NCBI RefSeq assembly: GCF_041886205.1
Contig: NZ_CP169029.1
Length of the DNA: 64,000 nucleotides
DNA from: Escherichia coli
Lineage (GTDB): Bacteria; Pseudomonadota; Gammaproteobacteria; Enterobacterales; Enterobacteriaceae
Strand: one strand, 5' to 3'
Below, piece after piece: positions 43,040 through 55,190 of this stretch. How positions within the stretch are numbered: the first letter of the stretch is position 1; each line of letters opens with the position of its first letter. Both the position numbers and the translations under genes were made by a program. The notes below the pieces were generated by a model. The model had not been told where the DNA came from. It did no database searches and saw only the letters and a list, made by a program, of their open reading frames with translations.

Positions 43040-43135
43040 AGGCCGCAGCGGCGTTAGCTTCACGCCCTCACCCCAGTCACTTACTTATGTAAGCTCCTGG
43101 GGATTCTGGCGCTTGCTACCTTGCTGCACCCAGAA
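43040..43135. repeat. ERIC/IRU element (inverse orientation relative to the panC copy) between aceF and lpd
   Basis: CCCTCACCCCAGTCACTTACTTATGTAAGCTCCTGGGGATTC is the reverse complement of the ERIC core. Confidence 0.8.
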
Positions 43136-43316
43136 ATCCATAGGGTATGTGAAGTAATACCCTAACCACCACCGGGTCGTTCTATCCGTCGGTATTTTAC
43201 AAAATTGTTAACAATTTTTAAACAACAAACGGCAACCGATTTGTCTATTCGCTAATAACCTCAATACATTCATGAGATTACCAGAAAAAAGCCGGCCGTT
43301 TGGCCGGCTCTTTTAC

Positions 43317-45209
43317 TTACATCACCAGGCGGCGAATGTCAGACAGCGTGTTGTTAATGATGGTAATGAAACGGGCACCATCAGCACCGTCGATCACGCG
43401 GTGGTCGAAGGAGAGAGAAATCGGCAGCATCAGACGCGGCACGAACTCTTTACCATTCCACACCGGCTCCATCGCGGACTTGGAAACGCCGAGGATAGCC
43501 ACTTCCGGCGCGTTCACAATCGGCGCGAAGTGGGTAGTACCCAGGCCGCCGATGCTGGAGATGGTGAAGCAACCGCCCTGCATTTCGCCCGCAGTCAGCT
43601 TACCGTCACGCGCTTTCTTAGAAATAGTCATCAGCTCGCGAGACAGCTCGATGATGCCTTTCTTGTTGACGTCTTTGAATACCGGAACAACCAGACCGTT
43701 CGGGGTATCCACCGCCACACCGATGTTGATGTACTTCTTCAGGGTCAGACGCTGACCGTCTTCCGACAGCGAACTGTTGAAGCGAGGCATCTGCTCAAGA
43801 GCTGCAGCAACGGCTTTCATGATGAAGACAACCGGGGTTATCTTCACATCCAGCTTACGTTTCGCCGCTTCTTCGTTCTGCTGTTTACGGAACGCTTCCA
43901 GCTCGGTGATATCGGTTTTGTCGAAGTGAGTAACATGCGGGATCATCACCCAGTTACGGCTCAGGTTCGCCCCAGAGATTTTCTGGATACGGCCCAGTTC
44001 CACTTCTTCGATTTCACCAAACTTGCTAAAGTCCACCTTCGGCCACGGCAGCATGCCTGGGATACCGCCGCCAGTCGCCGCCGGAGCTGCTTCTGCACGT
44101 TTGATAGCTTCTTTCACGTAAGCCTGAACGTCTTCGCGCAGGATACGACCTTTACGGCCAGTGCCCTTCACTTTCGCCAGGTTAACGCCAAACTCGCGTG
44201 CCAGACGGCGGATCAGCGGAGTCGCGTGAACGTAAGCGTCGTTTTCAGCAAATTCAGATTTGCCTTCCGCTTTTGCAGCCGGAGCTGCTGCCGGGGCTTC
44301 AGCTTTTGCTGCCGGAGCCGGCGCTGCCGCTTCCTGTTTCGCAGGAGCTGCAGCAGGCGCTGCGCCTTCAACTTCGAAGATCATAATCAGCGAACCAGTT
44401 TTCACTTTATCGCCAACGTTGACTTTCAGTTCCTTCACGACGCCTGCAAACGGAGCCGGAACTTCCATAGACGCTTTATCGCCTTCTACGGTGATCAGTG
44501 ACTGTTCAGCGGCAACTTTGTCGCCCACTTTCACCATCACTTCGGTGACTTCAACTTCGTCACCGCCGATATCCGGAACGTTAACTTCTTTCACGCCAGC
44601 TGCTGGTGCAGGAGCCGCTGCCGGAGCCGCTTCCTGTTTAGCCGCCGGAGCTGCCGCGCCTGCTTCACCCGCGACTTCGAAGACCATAATCAGCGAGCCG
44701 GTAGACACTTTGTCACCCACGTTCACTTTGATCTCTTTCACGGTGCCAGCAAACGGAGCCGGAACTTCCATAGAAGCCTTGTCGCCTTCTACGGTGATCA
44801 GCGACTGTTCAGCTTCAACTTTATCGCCAACTTTCACCAGGATTTCGGTCACTTCAACTTCGTCGCTGCCGATATCCGGAACGTTAACGTCTTTTGCCGC
44901 TGCAGCCGCTGGTGCTGCTGCCGGAGCTGCTTCTTTCTTCTCTTCTGCCTGAGCAGGTGCAGCGTCTGCTGCACCGTCGGCGGAATCGAAAATCATAATC
45001 AGTGCGCCGGTCTGGGTTTTATCGCCAACAGAGACTTTGATCTCTTTAACAATACCCGCCTGCGGAGACGGAACTTCCATAGAGGCTTTGTCGCCTTCTA
45101 CGGTGATCAGCGACTGTTCGGCTTCAACTTTGTCGCCCACTTTGACCAGGATCTCGGTGATTTCAACTTCATCAGCCCCGATGTCCGGTACTTTGATTTC
45201 GATAGCCAT
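43317..45209 (-). CDS. aceF: Pyruvate dehydrogenase E2 (dihydrolipoamide acetyltransferase) with three lipoyl domains
   Basis: 630-aa ORF; three repeated lipoyl domains (…[10 protein letters not shown]…) separated by Ala/Pro-rich linkers; catalytic DHRxxDG. Confidence 0.96.
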
Positions 45210-45223
45210 TATTCTTTTACCTC

Positions 45224-47887
45224 TTACGCCAGACGCGGGTTAACTTTATCTGCATCGATGTTGAATTTGGCGATTGCGTCAGCAACCACTTTCTTATCGA
45301 TTTCGCCACGTTTAGCCAGTTCGCCCAGCGCCGCTACAACCACGTAGGAAGCATCAACTTCGAAGTGGTGACGCAGGTTCTCACGGCTGTCGGAACGACC
45401 GAAGCCATCAGTACCCAGTACGCGGTAGTCGTCAGCCGGTACGTAAGTACGGACCTGCTCAGCGAACAGTTTCATATAGTCGGTAGATGCCACTGCCGGA
45501 GCGTCGTTCATCACCTGAGCGATATACGGAACGCGCGGAGTTTCCAGCGGGTGCAGCATGTTCCAGCGTTCACAATCCTGACCATCACGCGCCAGCTCGG
45601 TGAAGGAGGTCACGCTATAAACGTCAGAACCTACGCCGTAATCTTTCGCCAGGATCTCTGCCGCTTCACGGACGTGACGCAGGATAGAACCGGAGCCCAG
45701 CAGCTGAACTTTACCTTTGCTACCTTCAATGGTTTCGAGTTTGTAGATACCTTTACGGATACCTTCCTCAGCACCTTCCGGCATTGCCGGCATGTGATAG
45801 TTTTCGTTCAGCGTGGTGATGTAGTAGTAAACGTTCTCTTGTTTTTCACCGTACATACGCTCCAGACCGTCATGCATGATGACAGCAACTTCGTAAGCGT
45901 AAGCCGGGTCGTAAGAGATACAGTTCGGGATAGTCAGCGACTGAATGTGGCTGTGACCATCTTCGTGCTGCAGACCTTCGCCGTTCAGGGTGGTACGACC
46001 GGAAGTACCGCCGATCAGGAAGCCACGCGCTTGCTGGTCGCCAGCCGCCCAGCACAGATCGCCAATACGCTGGAAGCCGAACATCGAGTAATAGATGTAG
46101 AACGGAATCATCGGCAGATTGTTGGTGCTGTAAGAGGTCGCCGCTGCCAGCCAGGAACAACCTGCGCCCAGCTCGTTGATCCCTTCCTGCAGAATCTGAC
46201 CTTTCTCGTCTTCTTTATAGTAAGCAACCTGCTCGCGGTCCTGCGGGGTGTACTGCTGACCGTTCGGGCTGTAAATACCAATCTGACGGAACAGACCTTC
46301 CATACCGAAAGTACGCGCTTCGTCGGCGATGATCGGTACCAGACGATCTTTGATCGACTTGTTCTTCAGCATCACGTTCAGAGCACGAACGAAAGCGATA
46401 GTGGTAGAGATCTCTTTGCTCTGCTCTTCCAACAGCGCGCCGAAGTCTTGCAGGCTCGGCAGCTCAAGCTTCTCGGTGAAGTTCGGCTGACGGCTTGGCA
46501 GATAACCGTGCAGTTTCTGACGCTGAGCGTGCAGATAGGTATGCTCTTCAGAACCTTCCGGGAAGGTGATGTACGGCAATTTTTCGATATCTGCATCAGA
46601 CACCGGCACATTGAAACGGTCGCGGATATGACGCACACCGTCCATGTTCATTTTCTTAACCTGGTGCGCGATGTTTTTACCTTCAGCCGCGTCGCCCATG
46701 CCGTAACCTTTAATGGTATGAGCAAGGATTACTGTCGCTTTGCCTTTGGTTTCCTGCGCTTTCTTGAATGCAGCGTAGATTTTCTTCGGATCGTGACCAC
46801 CACGGTTCAGTGCCCAGATCTGCTCGTCAGTCCAGTCTGCAACCAGTGCTGCGGTTTCAGGATATTTACCGAAGAAGTGTTCACGAACGTACGCACCATC
46901 TTTCGATTTGAAGGTCTGGTAGTCGCCGTCAACGGTTTCGTTCATCAGCTGGATCAGTTTACCGCTGGTATCCTTACGCAGCAGTTCATCCCAACGGCTA
47001 CCCCACATCACTTTGATCACGTTCCAGCCAGCACCTTCGAAGATGCCTTCCAGTTCGTTGATGATCTTGCCGTTACCGGTGACCGGGCCGTCAAGACGCT
47101 GCAGGTTACAGTTGATAACGAAGACCAGGTTATCCAGTTTTTCACGGGTAGCGATGGTGATCGCACCTTTGGATTCCGGTTCGTCCATTTCACCGTCACC
47201 GAGGAACGCGTAAACGGTTTGTTTAGAGGTATCTTTCAGGCCACGGTGTTCCAGATATTTCAGGAATTTAGCCTGGTAAATAGCACCAATCGGACCCAGA
47301 CCCATAGATACGGTCGGGAACTGCCAGAATTCCGGCATCAGTTTCGGGTGCGGATAGGAAGAGAGGCCATTGCCGTGAACTTCCTGACGGAAGTTATCCA
47401 GCTGCTCCTGAGTCAGACGACCTTCCAGGAAAGCACGAGCGTAAACGCCCGGGGAGATGTGGCCCTGGAAGTAAACCAGGTCGCCGCCATCCTGCTCGTT
47501 GCGTGCACGGAAGAAGTGGTTAAAGCACACATCATAAATGGTTGCGGAAGACTGGAAGGACGCCATATGGCCGCCCAGTTCGAGGTCTTTTTTCGACGCA
47601 CGCAGAACCGTCATGATGGCGTTCCAGCGGATAGCTGAACGAATACGGCGTTCCAGTTCCAGATTACCCGGATACTCCGGTTGTTCTTCAACGGGGATGG
47701 TGTTGATGTAGTTGCTGATACCGGTGCCTGCGGCTACGTTTACACCGCCTTTGCGGGCTTCAGCAAGCAGTTGGTCGATCAGATACTGAGCACGCTCAAC
47801 ACCTTCTTCACGGATGACCGATTCGATCGCCTGGAGCCAGTCGCGAGTTTCGATCGGATCCACGTCATTTGGGAAACGTTCTGACAT
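45224..47887 (-). CDS. aceE: Pyruvate dehydrogenase E1 component
   Basis: 887-aa [26 protein letters not shown]. Confidence 0.96.
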
Positions 47888-48047
47888 GGGTTATTCCTTA
47901 TCTATCTAATAACGTTGAGTTTTCTGGAACCTGTCCCATTGAACTCTCGCCGGAAAGCTCAATAAGACAGGTTCTACGTTTAGTTGCCGCGCTTTTATAT
48001 GCGCTTGATTTACAACATCTTCTGGATAATTTTTACCAGAAAAATCA

Positions 48048-48812
48048 CTAATTCTTTCGTTGCTCCAGACGACGCAGAGAACGCTCACGGCGGCTTTCTT
48101 CACGGCTTCTGTCGAGCAAAATTTCTTCGATAAAGGCCAGATGGCGATGCGATGCTTCGCGCGCTTCTTCCGGCTTACCGGCCATAATCGCTTCAAATAT
48201 GCGGGTGCGGTGACTACTCACCAGCGGCAGCATCTCGCGACGCGAATAGAGCAATTCGAAGTTCTGGCGGACATTCTGGGCCAACATCGGCTCCATACAC
48301 CTTAGCAGATGAAGCAGAACCACATTGTGGGCCGCTTCAGTGACAGCAATCTGATACTGGAGTACGGCGTTTGATTCCGCGTCCAGATCGCCAGACTGCT
48401 GCGCCAGTTCTATGGCGTGATGGAGTTCACGGATGCGTTCCTTGTCTTCATCGGTACTACGCAGCGCGGCGTAATAAGCGGCGATACCTTCCAGGGCGTG
48501 TCGTGTTTCGAGCAAGTCATACTGTGACTCAGGATGGTCGGAGAGCAGCTCCACCAGCGGATCGCTGAAGCTTTGCCATAGGCTGCTCTGGACAAAAGTG
48601 CCGCCACCCTGGCGACGAAGCAACAAGCCCTTCGCTTCGAGACGTTGAATCGCCTCACGCAAGGAGGGACGGGAGACGTCAAACTGTTTTGCCAGTTCGC
48701 GTTCCGGTGGGAGTTTTTCGCCCGGGCGGAGAGTGCCTTCGAGGATCAAAAACTCCAGTTGCTGCTCAATCACATCGGAGAGTTTTGGTTGGCGGATTTT
48801 GCTGTAGGCCAT
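48048..48812 (-). CDS. pdhR: Pyruvate dehydrogenase complex repressor (GntR family)
   Basis: ORF 48048..48845; start refined to [17 protein letters not shown] (cat 48810-48812); [28 protein letters not shown]; 254 aa. Confidence 0.94.
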
Positions 48813-48843
48813 GAGTTCCTGTCTTAAGCCACTTGCCGAAGTC

Positions 48844-48860
48844 AATTGGTCTTACCAATT
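48844..48860 (-). promoter_or_regulatory. PdhR operator (perfect palindrome AATTGGTCTTACCAATT) in pdhR promoter/leader
   Basis: Matches recalled PdhR box consensus ATTGGTnnnACCAAT; 32 bp upstream of pdhR start. Confidence 0.8.
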
Positions 48861-49352
48861 TCATGTCTGTGACGCTAAAGTAACAAAGTATTCACCTTAT
48901 GTCCATACAGGTTTTGATTGAAATCATGAAACTGTGCACATTTTAACAACTTGACATATATAACGTTTCAAAGTTGTAACTATGCACAAATGTAGACTTT
49001 ACGTAGGAAAGGAGTTTTTTAACGATTATTAAACTATAAAAATCCGAATTGAACCGATTCACTTACCAATTTTGTGATTTTTAATTCAATTAAAACGAAT
49101 TTAAATTCATTCTACATATTGAGAGGGGTTGAGGCTGAGCTTTACAAACGGTTTCTTTTTAAGCAACTCATCTTCAACCATGCATAAAGCGGGTGCATTC
49201 GCTGCCGCATACCATTATTCTTGATCTGACGGAAGTCTTTTTGTAACAATTCAAACTTCTTTGATGTAAACAAATTAATACAACAAACGGAATTGCAAAC
49301 TTACACACGCATCACTGCGTAGATCAAAAAAACAACCACCGCACGAGGTTTC

Positions 49353-50726
49353 ATGATGGAAGGTCAACAGCACGGCGAGCAGCTAAAGCGCGGCCTTAAA
49401 AACCGCCATATTCAGCTTATCGCGCTGGGTGGCGCGATAGGGACCGGGTTATTCCTGGGTAGCGCCTCCGTAATACAGTCCGCAGGGCCAGGGATTATCC
49501 TGGGTTACGCCATTGCTGGTTTTATCGCCTTTCTGATCATGCGTCAGCTGGGTGAAATGGTGGTCGAAGAACCTGTCGCAGGCTCCTTTAGCCACTTTGC
49601 TTATAAATACTGGGGCAGTTTTGCCGGTTTCGCCTCTGGCTGGAACTACTGGGTACTGTACGTTTTAGTTGCCATGGCAGAGCTGACTGCCGTGGGTAAA
49701 TACATTCAGTTCTGGTATCCGGAAATCCCAACCTGGGTTTCTGCCGCCGTATTCTTTGTGGTGATTAACGCCATCAACCTGACCAACGTTAAAGTGTTTG
49801 GCGAGATGGAGTTCTGGTTTGCCATTATCAAAGTTATTGCGGTAGTAGCGATGATCATCTTCGGCGGCTGGCTGCTGTTCAGTGGCAACGGCGGCCCGCA
49901 GGCGAGCGTTAGCAACCTGTGGGATCAAGGTGGTTTCCTGCCGCACGGCTTCACCGGACTGGTGATGATGATGGCGATTATCATGTTCTCGTTCGGTGGT
50001 CTGGAACTGGTGGGGATCACCGCAGCAGAAGCTGATAACCCGGAGCAAAGTATCCCGAAAGCAACTAACCAGGTTATCTACCGCATCCTGATTTTCTATA
50101 TTGGTTCGTTAGCCGTTCTGCTCTCACTGATGCCGTGGACCCGCGTTACCGCCGATACCAGTCCGTTTGTGCTGATCTTCCACGAGTTAGGCGATACCTT
50201 TGTGGCGAATGCGCTGAACATCGTGGTACTGACTGCGGCGCTCTCCGTGTACAACAGCTGCGTATATTGCAACAGCCGTATGCTGTTTGGTCTGGCACAA
50301 CAGGGTAATGCGCCAAAAGCGCTGGCGTCTGTCGATAAACGTGGTGTACCAGTAAATACCATTCTGGTGTCTGCACTGGTAACGGCGTTGTGCGTACTGA
50401 TTAACTACCTTGCCCCAGAGTCCGCTTTCGGACTGTTAATGGCGCTGGTGGTATCTGCACTGGTAATCAACTGGGCGATGATTAGCCTGGCGCATATGAA
50501 ATTCCGTCGCGCCAAGCAGGAACAAGGCGTGGTAACTCGCTTCCCTGCTCTGCTTTATCCGCTGGGTAACTGGATCTGCCTGCTGTTTATGGCGGCGGTA
50601 CTGGTGATTATGCTGATGACCCCAGGAATGGCGATTTCGGTATACCTGATCCCGGTATGGCTGATCGTGTTAGGTATCGGCTATCTGTTTAAAGAGAAAA
50701 CCGCCAAAGCCGTAAAAGCGCATTAA
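49353..50726 (+). CDS. aroP: Aromatic amino acid:H+ symporter (APC family)
   Basis: 457-aa ORF MMEGQQHGEQLKRGLKNRHIQLIALGGAIGTGLF. Confidence 0.95.
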   Translation: MMEGQQHGEQLKRGLKNRHIQLIALGGAIGTGLFLGSASVIQSAGPGIILGYAIAGFIAFLIMRQLGEMVVEEPVAGSFSHFAYKYWGSFAGFASGWNYWVLYVLVAMAELTAVGKYIQFWYPEIPTWVSAAVFFVVINAINLTNVKVFGEMEFWFAIIKVIAVVAMIIFGGWLLFSGNGGPQASVSNLWDQGGFLPHGFTGLVMMMAIIMFSFGGLELVGITAAEADNPEQSIPKATNQVIYRILIFYIGSLAVLLSLMPWTRVTADTSPFVLIFHELGDTFVANALNIVVLTAALSVYNSCVYCNSRMLFGLAQQGNAPKALASVDKRGVPVNTILVSALVTALCVLINYLAPESAFGLLMALVVSALVINWAMISLAHMKFRRAKQEQGVVTRFPALLYPLGNWICLLFMAAVLVIMLMTPGMAISVYLIPVWLIVLGIGYLFKEKTAKAVKAH

Positions 50727-50732
50727 TCTCTC

Positions 50733-50762
50733 TACGCCCTCACCCGTACAGGGTGAGGGCAA
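50733..50762. terminator. Bidirectional terminator hairpin between convergent aroP and ampE (gccctcaccc/gggtgagggc)
   Basis: 10-bp stem, 5-nt loop read from sequence. Confidence 0.65.
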
Positions 50763-50768
50763 TAATCT

Positions 50769-51623
50769 TTACACCAACGCCCCGTAAATCGTCAGTAGTG
50801 CAATCACCACCACGACCACGAACGAGGTTTTCTTCGCCATTGAAACCGCTGCCTTCGGCGTCTCCACCTTATCGACATGCGGTTCACGCGCCAGAGAGAA
50901 CTGCGCCAGACGCGTTAACACCTGATACTGCGAAGTATGGAAATCACCCAGCGAAGCAAACCAGGCCGGTAACGCTTTCTCACCATGACCGATCAAGGCA
51001 TATACCACACCCGCAAGACGAACCGGCACCCAATCCAGTACATGAAGCACGGCATCAATGCCGGACTGTAAACGATGATGCGGCGTCTGATATCGCGCCA
51101 GCCAGTATTGCCATGCACGCAAAAACGCATACCCCATCAGCGTAACGGGTCCCCAGGTTCCCCCCACAATCAGCCAGAACAGCGGTGCAAGATAAAAACG
51201 AAAGTTAATCCACAGCAATGCATTTTGCAGCTCACGCAAATACTCACGTTCGTCGCAGCCTGCCGGGACGCCGTGAATCATGGTGAGTTCGCCAGCCATC
51301 GTGGCACGGGCATGGCTATCATTACGTGAAGCAGCTGTCAGATAAGCATGATAATGAAGACGAACTTTACCTGCGCCAATACACAGCAAACCAATCAGCA
51401 GCCACACCAGTAGCGTGGGAACGTTGAACAATACTCCCTGCAATGCGCGTAACAGTAAAAAAGTCACGCCCATCGCAATAATGGTCATGCCTAACGTGCG
51501 CCCGAGAGAAAAATGTTTCACCCGCCGAAAGAACGCTTCAAGACGATGATCAAGCTGCCAGTGCTCGCCCAACTTAAACAGGCGCTCGAAAATTAACACC
51601 AGTAAGGTTGTAAATAGCGTCAT
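50769..51623 (-). CDS. ampE: Inner-membrane protein AmpE
   Basis: ORF 50769..51662; start refined to [15 protein letters not shown] (cat 51621-51623), overlapping ampD stop; 284 aa. Confidence 0.92.
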
Positions 51624-52171
51624 GTTGTCTCCTTGCTGACCAGCACACGAAACCGTGCCCAATCAAATGCAGGACCGGGATCGGTTTTCCGATCCGGCGC
51701 AATATCACAATGGCCCGTCATGTTATTAGCGATATCGGGATAGCGATCTATCAGTGCCCGCGTAACCGCCGCAAGCTGTTGATACTGCGCATCGGTATAC
51801 GCCAGCGTATCGGTGCCTTCAAGCTCAATCCCAATAGAAAAATCATTGCAGCGTTCGCGCCCCTGATACTGAGAGACTCCCGCATGCCATGCACGTTTAT
51901 CGAAAGGAACATACTGGACTATTTCACCATCACGGCGAATCAAACAGTGAGCGGAGACGCGCAAATGGGCGATCTCAGCAAAGAAAGGATGTGCCTGCGG
52001 ATCAATAGTTCCAGTGAATAATGCGTCGATCCACGGACCGCCAAACTCGCCTGGCGGCAGGCTAATATTGTGCACCACCAGCAGGGTGGGTGTTTCGTCA
52101 TCCGGGCGGCAATCGTAATGTGGTGAGGGAACGCGGCGCGCGCCAACCAGCCACCCCTGTTCTAACAACAT
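51620..52171 (-). CDS. ampD: 1,6-anhydro-N-acetylmuramyl-L-alanine amidase AmpD
   Basis: 183-aa [28 protein letters not shown]. Confidence 0.95.
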
Positions 52172-52198
52172 GCAGGATCTCCTTATATGTGGTGCTAA

Positions 52199-53152
<954 letters not shown>

Positions 53153-53354
53153 TTGCTGGCAGATTTATCCGCTCCATCGCGGGCGGATAATCTCCCCTTC
53201 CCCAACTTTCTTCGTAACGCCTCGCAAATTTCTTGTCTTTCGCTGCAACGAAATAAAAAACCTCGGAAGCTGCTTTCCCGTTTCGTTTTTTGCCCCTCGC
53301 TTGTGCCGATGGCGTTTGCCAAAGTAGCGCCAACCAAATCAAGGAGCGAAACAG

Positions 53355-53795
53355 ATGGACAAGCAACGCGGTTTTACACTTATCGAACTGATGGTGGTTA
53401 TTGGCATCATTGCCATTTTAAGCGCCATTGGTATTCCCGCTTATCAAAACTACCTGCGCAAAGCTGCACTCACCGACATGCTACAAACCTTTGTGCCTTA
53501 CCGTACCGCCGTAGAGTTGTGCGCGCTGGAACATGGTGGATTAGATACCTGCGACGGTGGCAGCAATGGCATTCCCTCGCCTACCACCACCCGCTATGTT
53601 TCAGCCATGAGTGTGGCAAAGGGCGTGGTGTCGCTGACCGGGCAAGAAAGTCTCAATGGGCTAAGCGTCGTCATGACGCCAGGTTGGGATAACGCAAACG
53701 GCGTCACCGGCTGGGCGCGCAACTGCAATATCCAAAGTGACAGCGCATTGCAGCAAGCCTGCGAAGATGTCTTCCGCTTTGATGACGCCAACTAA
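53355..53795 (+). CDS. ppdD: Type IV prepilin (major pilin-like protein)
   Basis: 146-aa ORF with class III leader MDKQRGFTLIELMVVIGIIAIL (G-F cleavage/methylation motif). Confidence 0.93.
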   Translation: MDKQRGFTLIELMVVIGIIAILSAIGIPAYQNYLRKAALTDMLQTFVPYRTAVELCALEHGGLDTCDGGSNGIPSPTTTRYVSAMSVAKGVVSLTGQESLNGLSVVMTPGWDNANGVTGWARNCNIQSDSALQQACEDVFRFDDAN

Positions 53796-53804
53796 GGAGC
53801 GGCA

Positions 53805-55190
53805 ATGAATATTCCACAGCTCACGGCCCTGTGCCTGCGTTATCAGGGAGTCTTGCTGGATGCCAGCGAAGAAGTGGTTCATGTTGCGGTGGTCGATGCC
53901 CCCTCACATGAGTTGCTGGACGCATTGCATTTCGCTACCACCAAACGTATTGAGATCACCTGCTGGACGCGCCAACAAATGGAAGGTCACGCCAGTCGCA
54001 CACAACAGACATTGCCCGTAGCTGTTCAGGAGAAGCATCAGCCCAAAGCAGAGTTGCTGACTCGAACGTTACAATCTGCGCTGGAACAACGCGCGTCTGA
54101 TATTCATATCGAACCAGCGGACAATGCCTACCGCATCCGCTTGCGTATCGACGGCGTATTGCATCCTTTACCGGATGTTTCACCGGATGCCGGAGTCGCA
54201 TTAACCGCCAGATTAAAAGTGCTGGGAAACCTGGATATTGCGGAACATCGCCTGCCGCAGGACGGGCAATTCACTGTCGAACTGGCAGGAAACGCCGTCT
54301 CATTTCGTATTGCGACCTTACCATGTCGGGGTGGTGAAAAGGTGGTATTAAGGTTGTTACAGCAGGTGAGCCAGGCACTGGATGTCAACACGCTTGGAAT
54401 GCAGCCGTTACAACTGGCGGACTTTGCTCATGCCTTGCAACAACCACAGGGACTGGTGCTGGTAACTGGCCCTACAGGCAGCGGCAAAACGGTCACGCTT
54501 TATAGTGCCCTGCAAACGCTGAATACCGCTGACATTAATATTTGTAGCGTCGAAGATCCGGTTGAGATCCCCATAGCCGGACTAAACCAGACGCAAATCC
54601 ATCCGCGTGCCGGACTCACCTTTCAGGGCGTGTTGCGTGCGTTATTGCGCCAGGATCCTGACGTCATCATGATCGGAGAGATCCGCGATGGCGAAACAGC
54701 AGAGATCGCTATTAAAGCGGCGCAAACTGGTCACCTGGTGTTGTCTACCCTACACACTAATTCCACCTGCGAAACGCTGGTACGTTTACAGCAAATGGGG
54801 GTCGCCCGCTGGATGCTATCATCGGCGCTTACGCTGGTAATAGCCCAGCGTCTGGTACGCAAACTTTGCCCACATTGTCGCCGGCAGCAAGGGGAGCCCA
54901 TCCACATTCCAGACAATGTATGGCCATCGCCGCTGCCCCACTGGCAGGCACCCGGTTGTATACATTGCTACCACGGTTTTTATGGTCGTACGGCCTTATT
55001 TGAAGTTCTGCCCATAACGCCGGTCATTCGTCAGCTTATTTCCGCTAATACCGACGTTGAATCGCTGGAAACGCACGCACGACAGGCGGGTATGCGTACG
55101 CTTTTTGAAAACGGCTGCCTGGCCGTAGAGCAAGGCTTAACCACCTTTGAAGAGTTAATCCGCGTACTGGGGATGCCGCATGGCGAGTAA
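53805..55190 (+). CDS. hofB: Type IV pilus assembly ATPase (GspE/PilB family)
   Basis: 461-aa ORF; Walker A GPTGSGKT; tetracysteine CPHC...CxxC motif. Confidence 0.92.
   Translation: MNIPQLTALCLRYQGVLLDASEEVVHVAVVDAPSHELLDALHFATTKRIEITCWTRQQMEGHASRTQQTLPVAVQEKHQPKAELLTRTLQSALEQRASDIHIEPADNAYRIRLRIDGVLHPLPDVSPDAGVALTARLKVLGNLDIAEHRLPQDGQFTVELAGNAVSFRIATLPCRGGEKVVLRLLQQVSQALDVNTLGMQPLQLADFAHALQQPQGLVLVTGPTGSGKTVTLYSALQTLNTADINICSVEDPVEIPIAGLNQTQIHPRAGLTFQGVLRALLRQDPDVIMIGEIRDGETAEIAIKAAQTGHLVLSTLHTNSTCETLVRLQQMGVARWMLSSALTLVIAQRLVRKLCPHCRRQQGEPIHIPDNVWPSPLPHWQAPGCIHCYHGFYGRTALFEVLPITPVIRQLISANTDVESLETHARQAGMRTLFENGCLAVEQGLTTFEELIRVLGMPHGE

Noticed and set aside
43272-44952. 409-aa and 230-aa plus-strand ORFs antisense to aceF, one highly Ala/Gly/Ser/Thr-repetitive
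   Set aside because: Product of the triplicated lipoyl-domain repeat read in reverse; not a real gene.
45365-47638. 757-aa plus-strand ORF antisense to aceE
   Set aside because: Lies entirely within and opposite the well-supported aceE gene; low-complexity translation without recognisable domains; typical stop-codon-poor antisense frame of a high-GC, codon-biased gene.
49180-49230. Tiny 14-codon ATG frame (MHKAGAFAAAYHYS) in the pdhR-aroP intergenic region
   Set aside because: No Shine-Dalgarno at appropriate spacing and too short to assess; left as unsupported.
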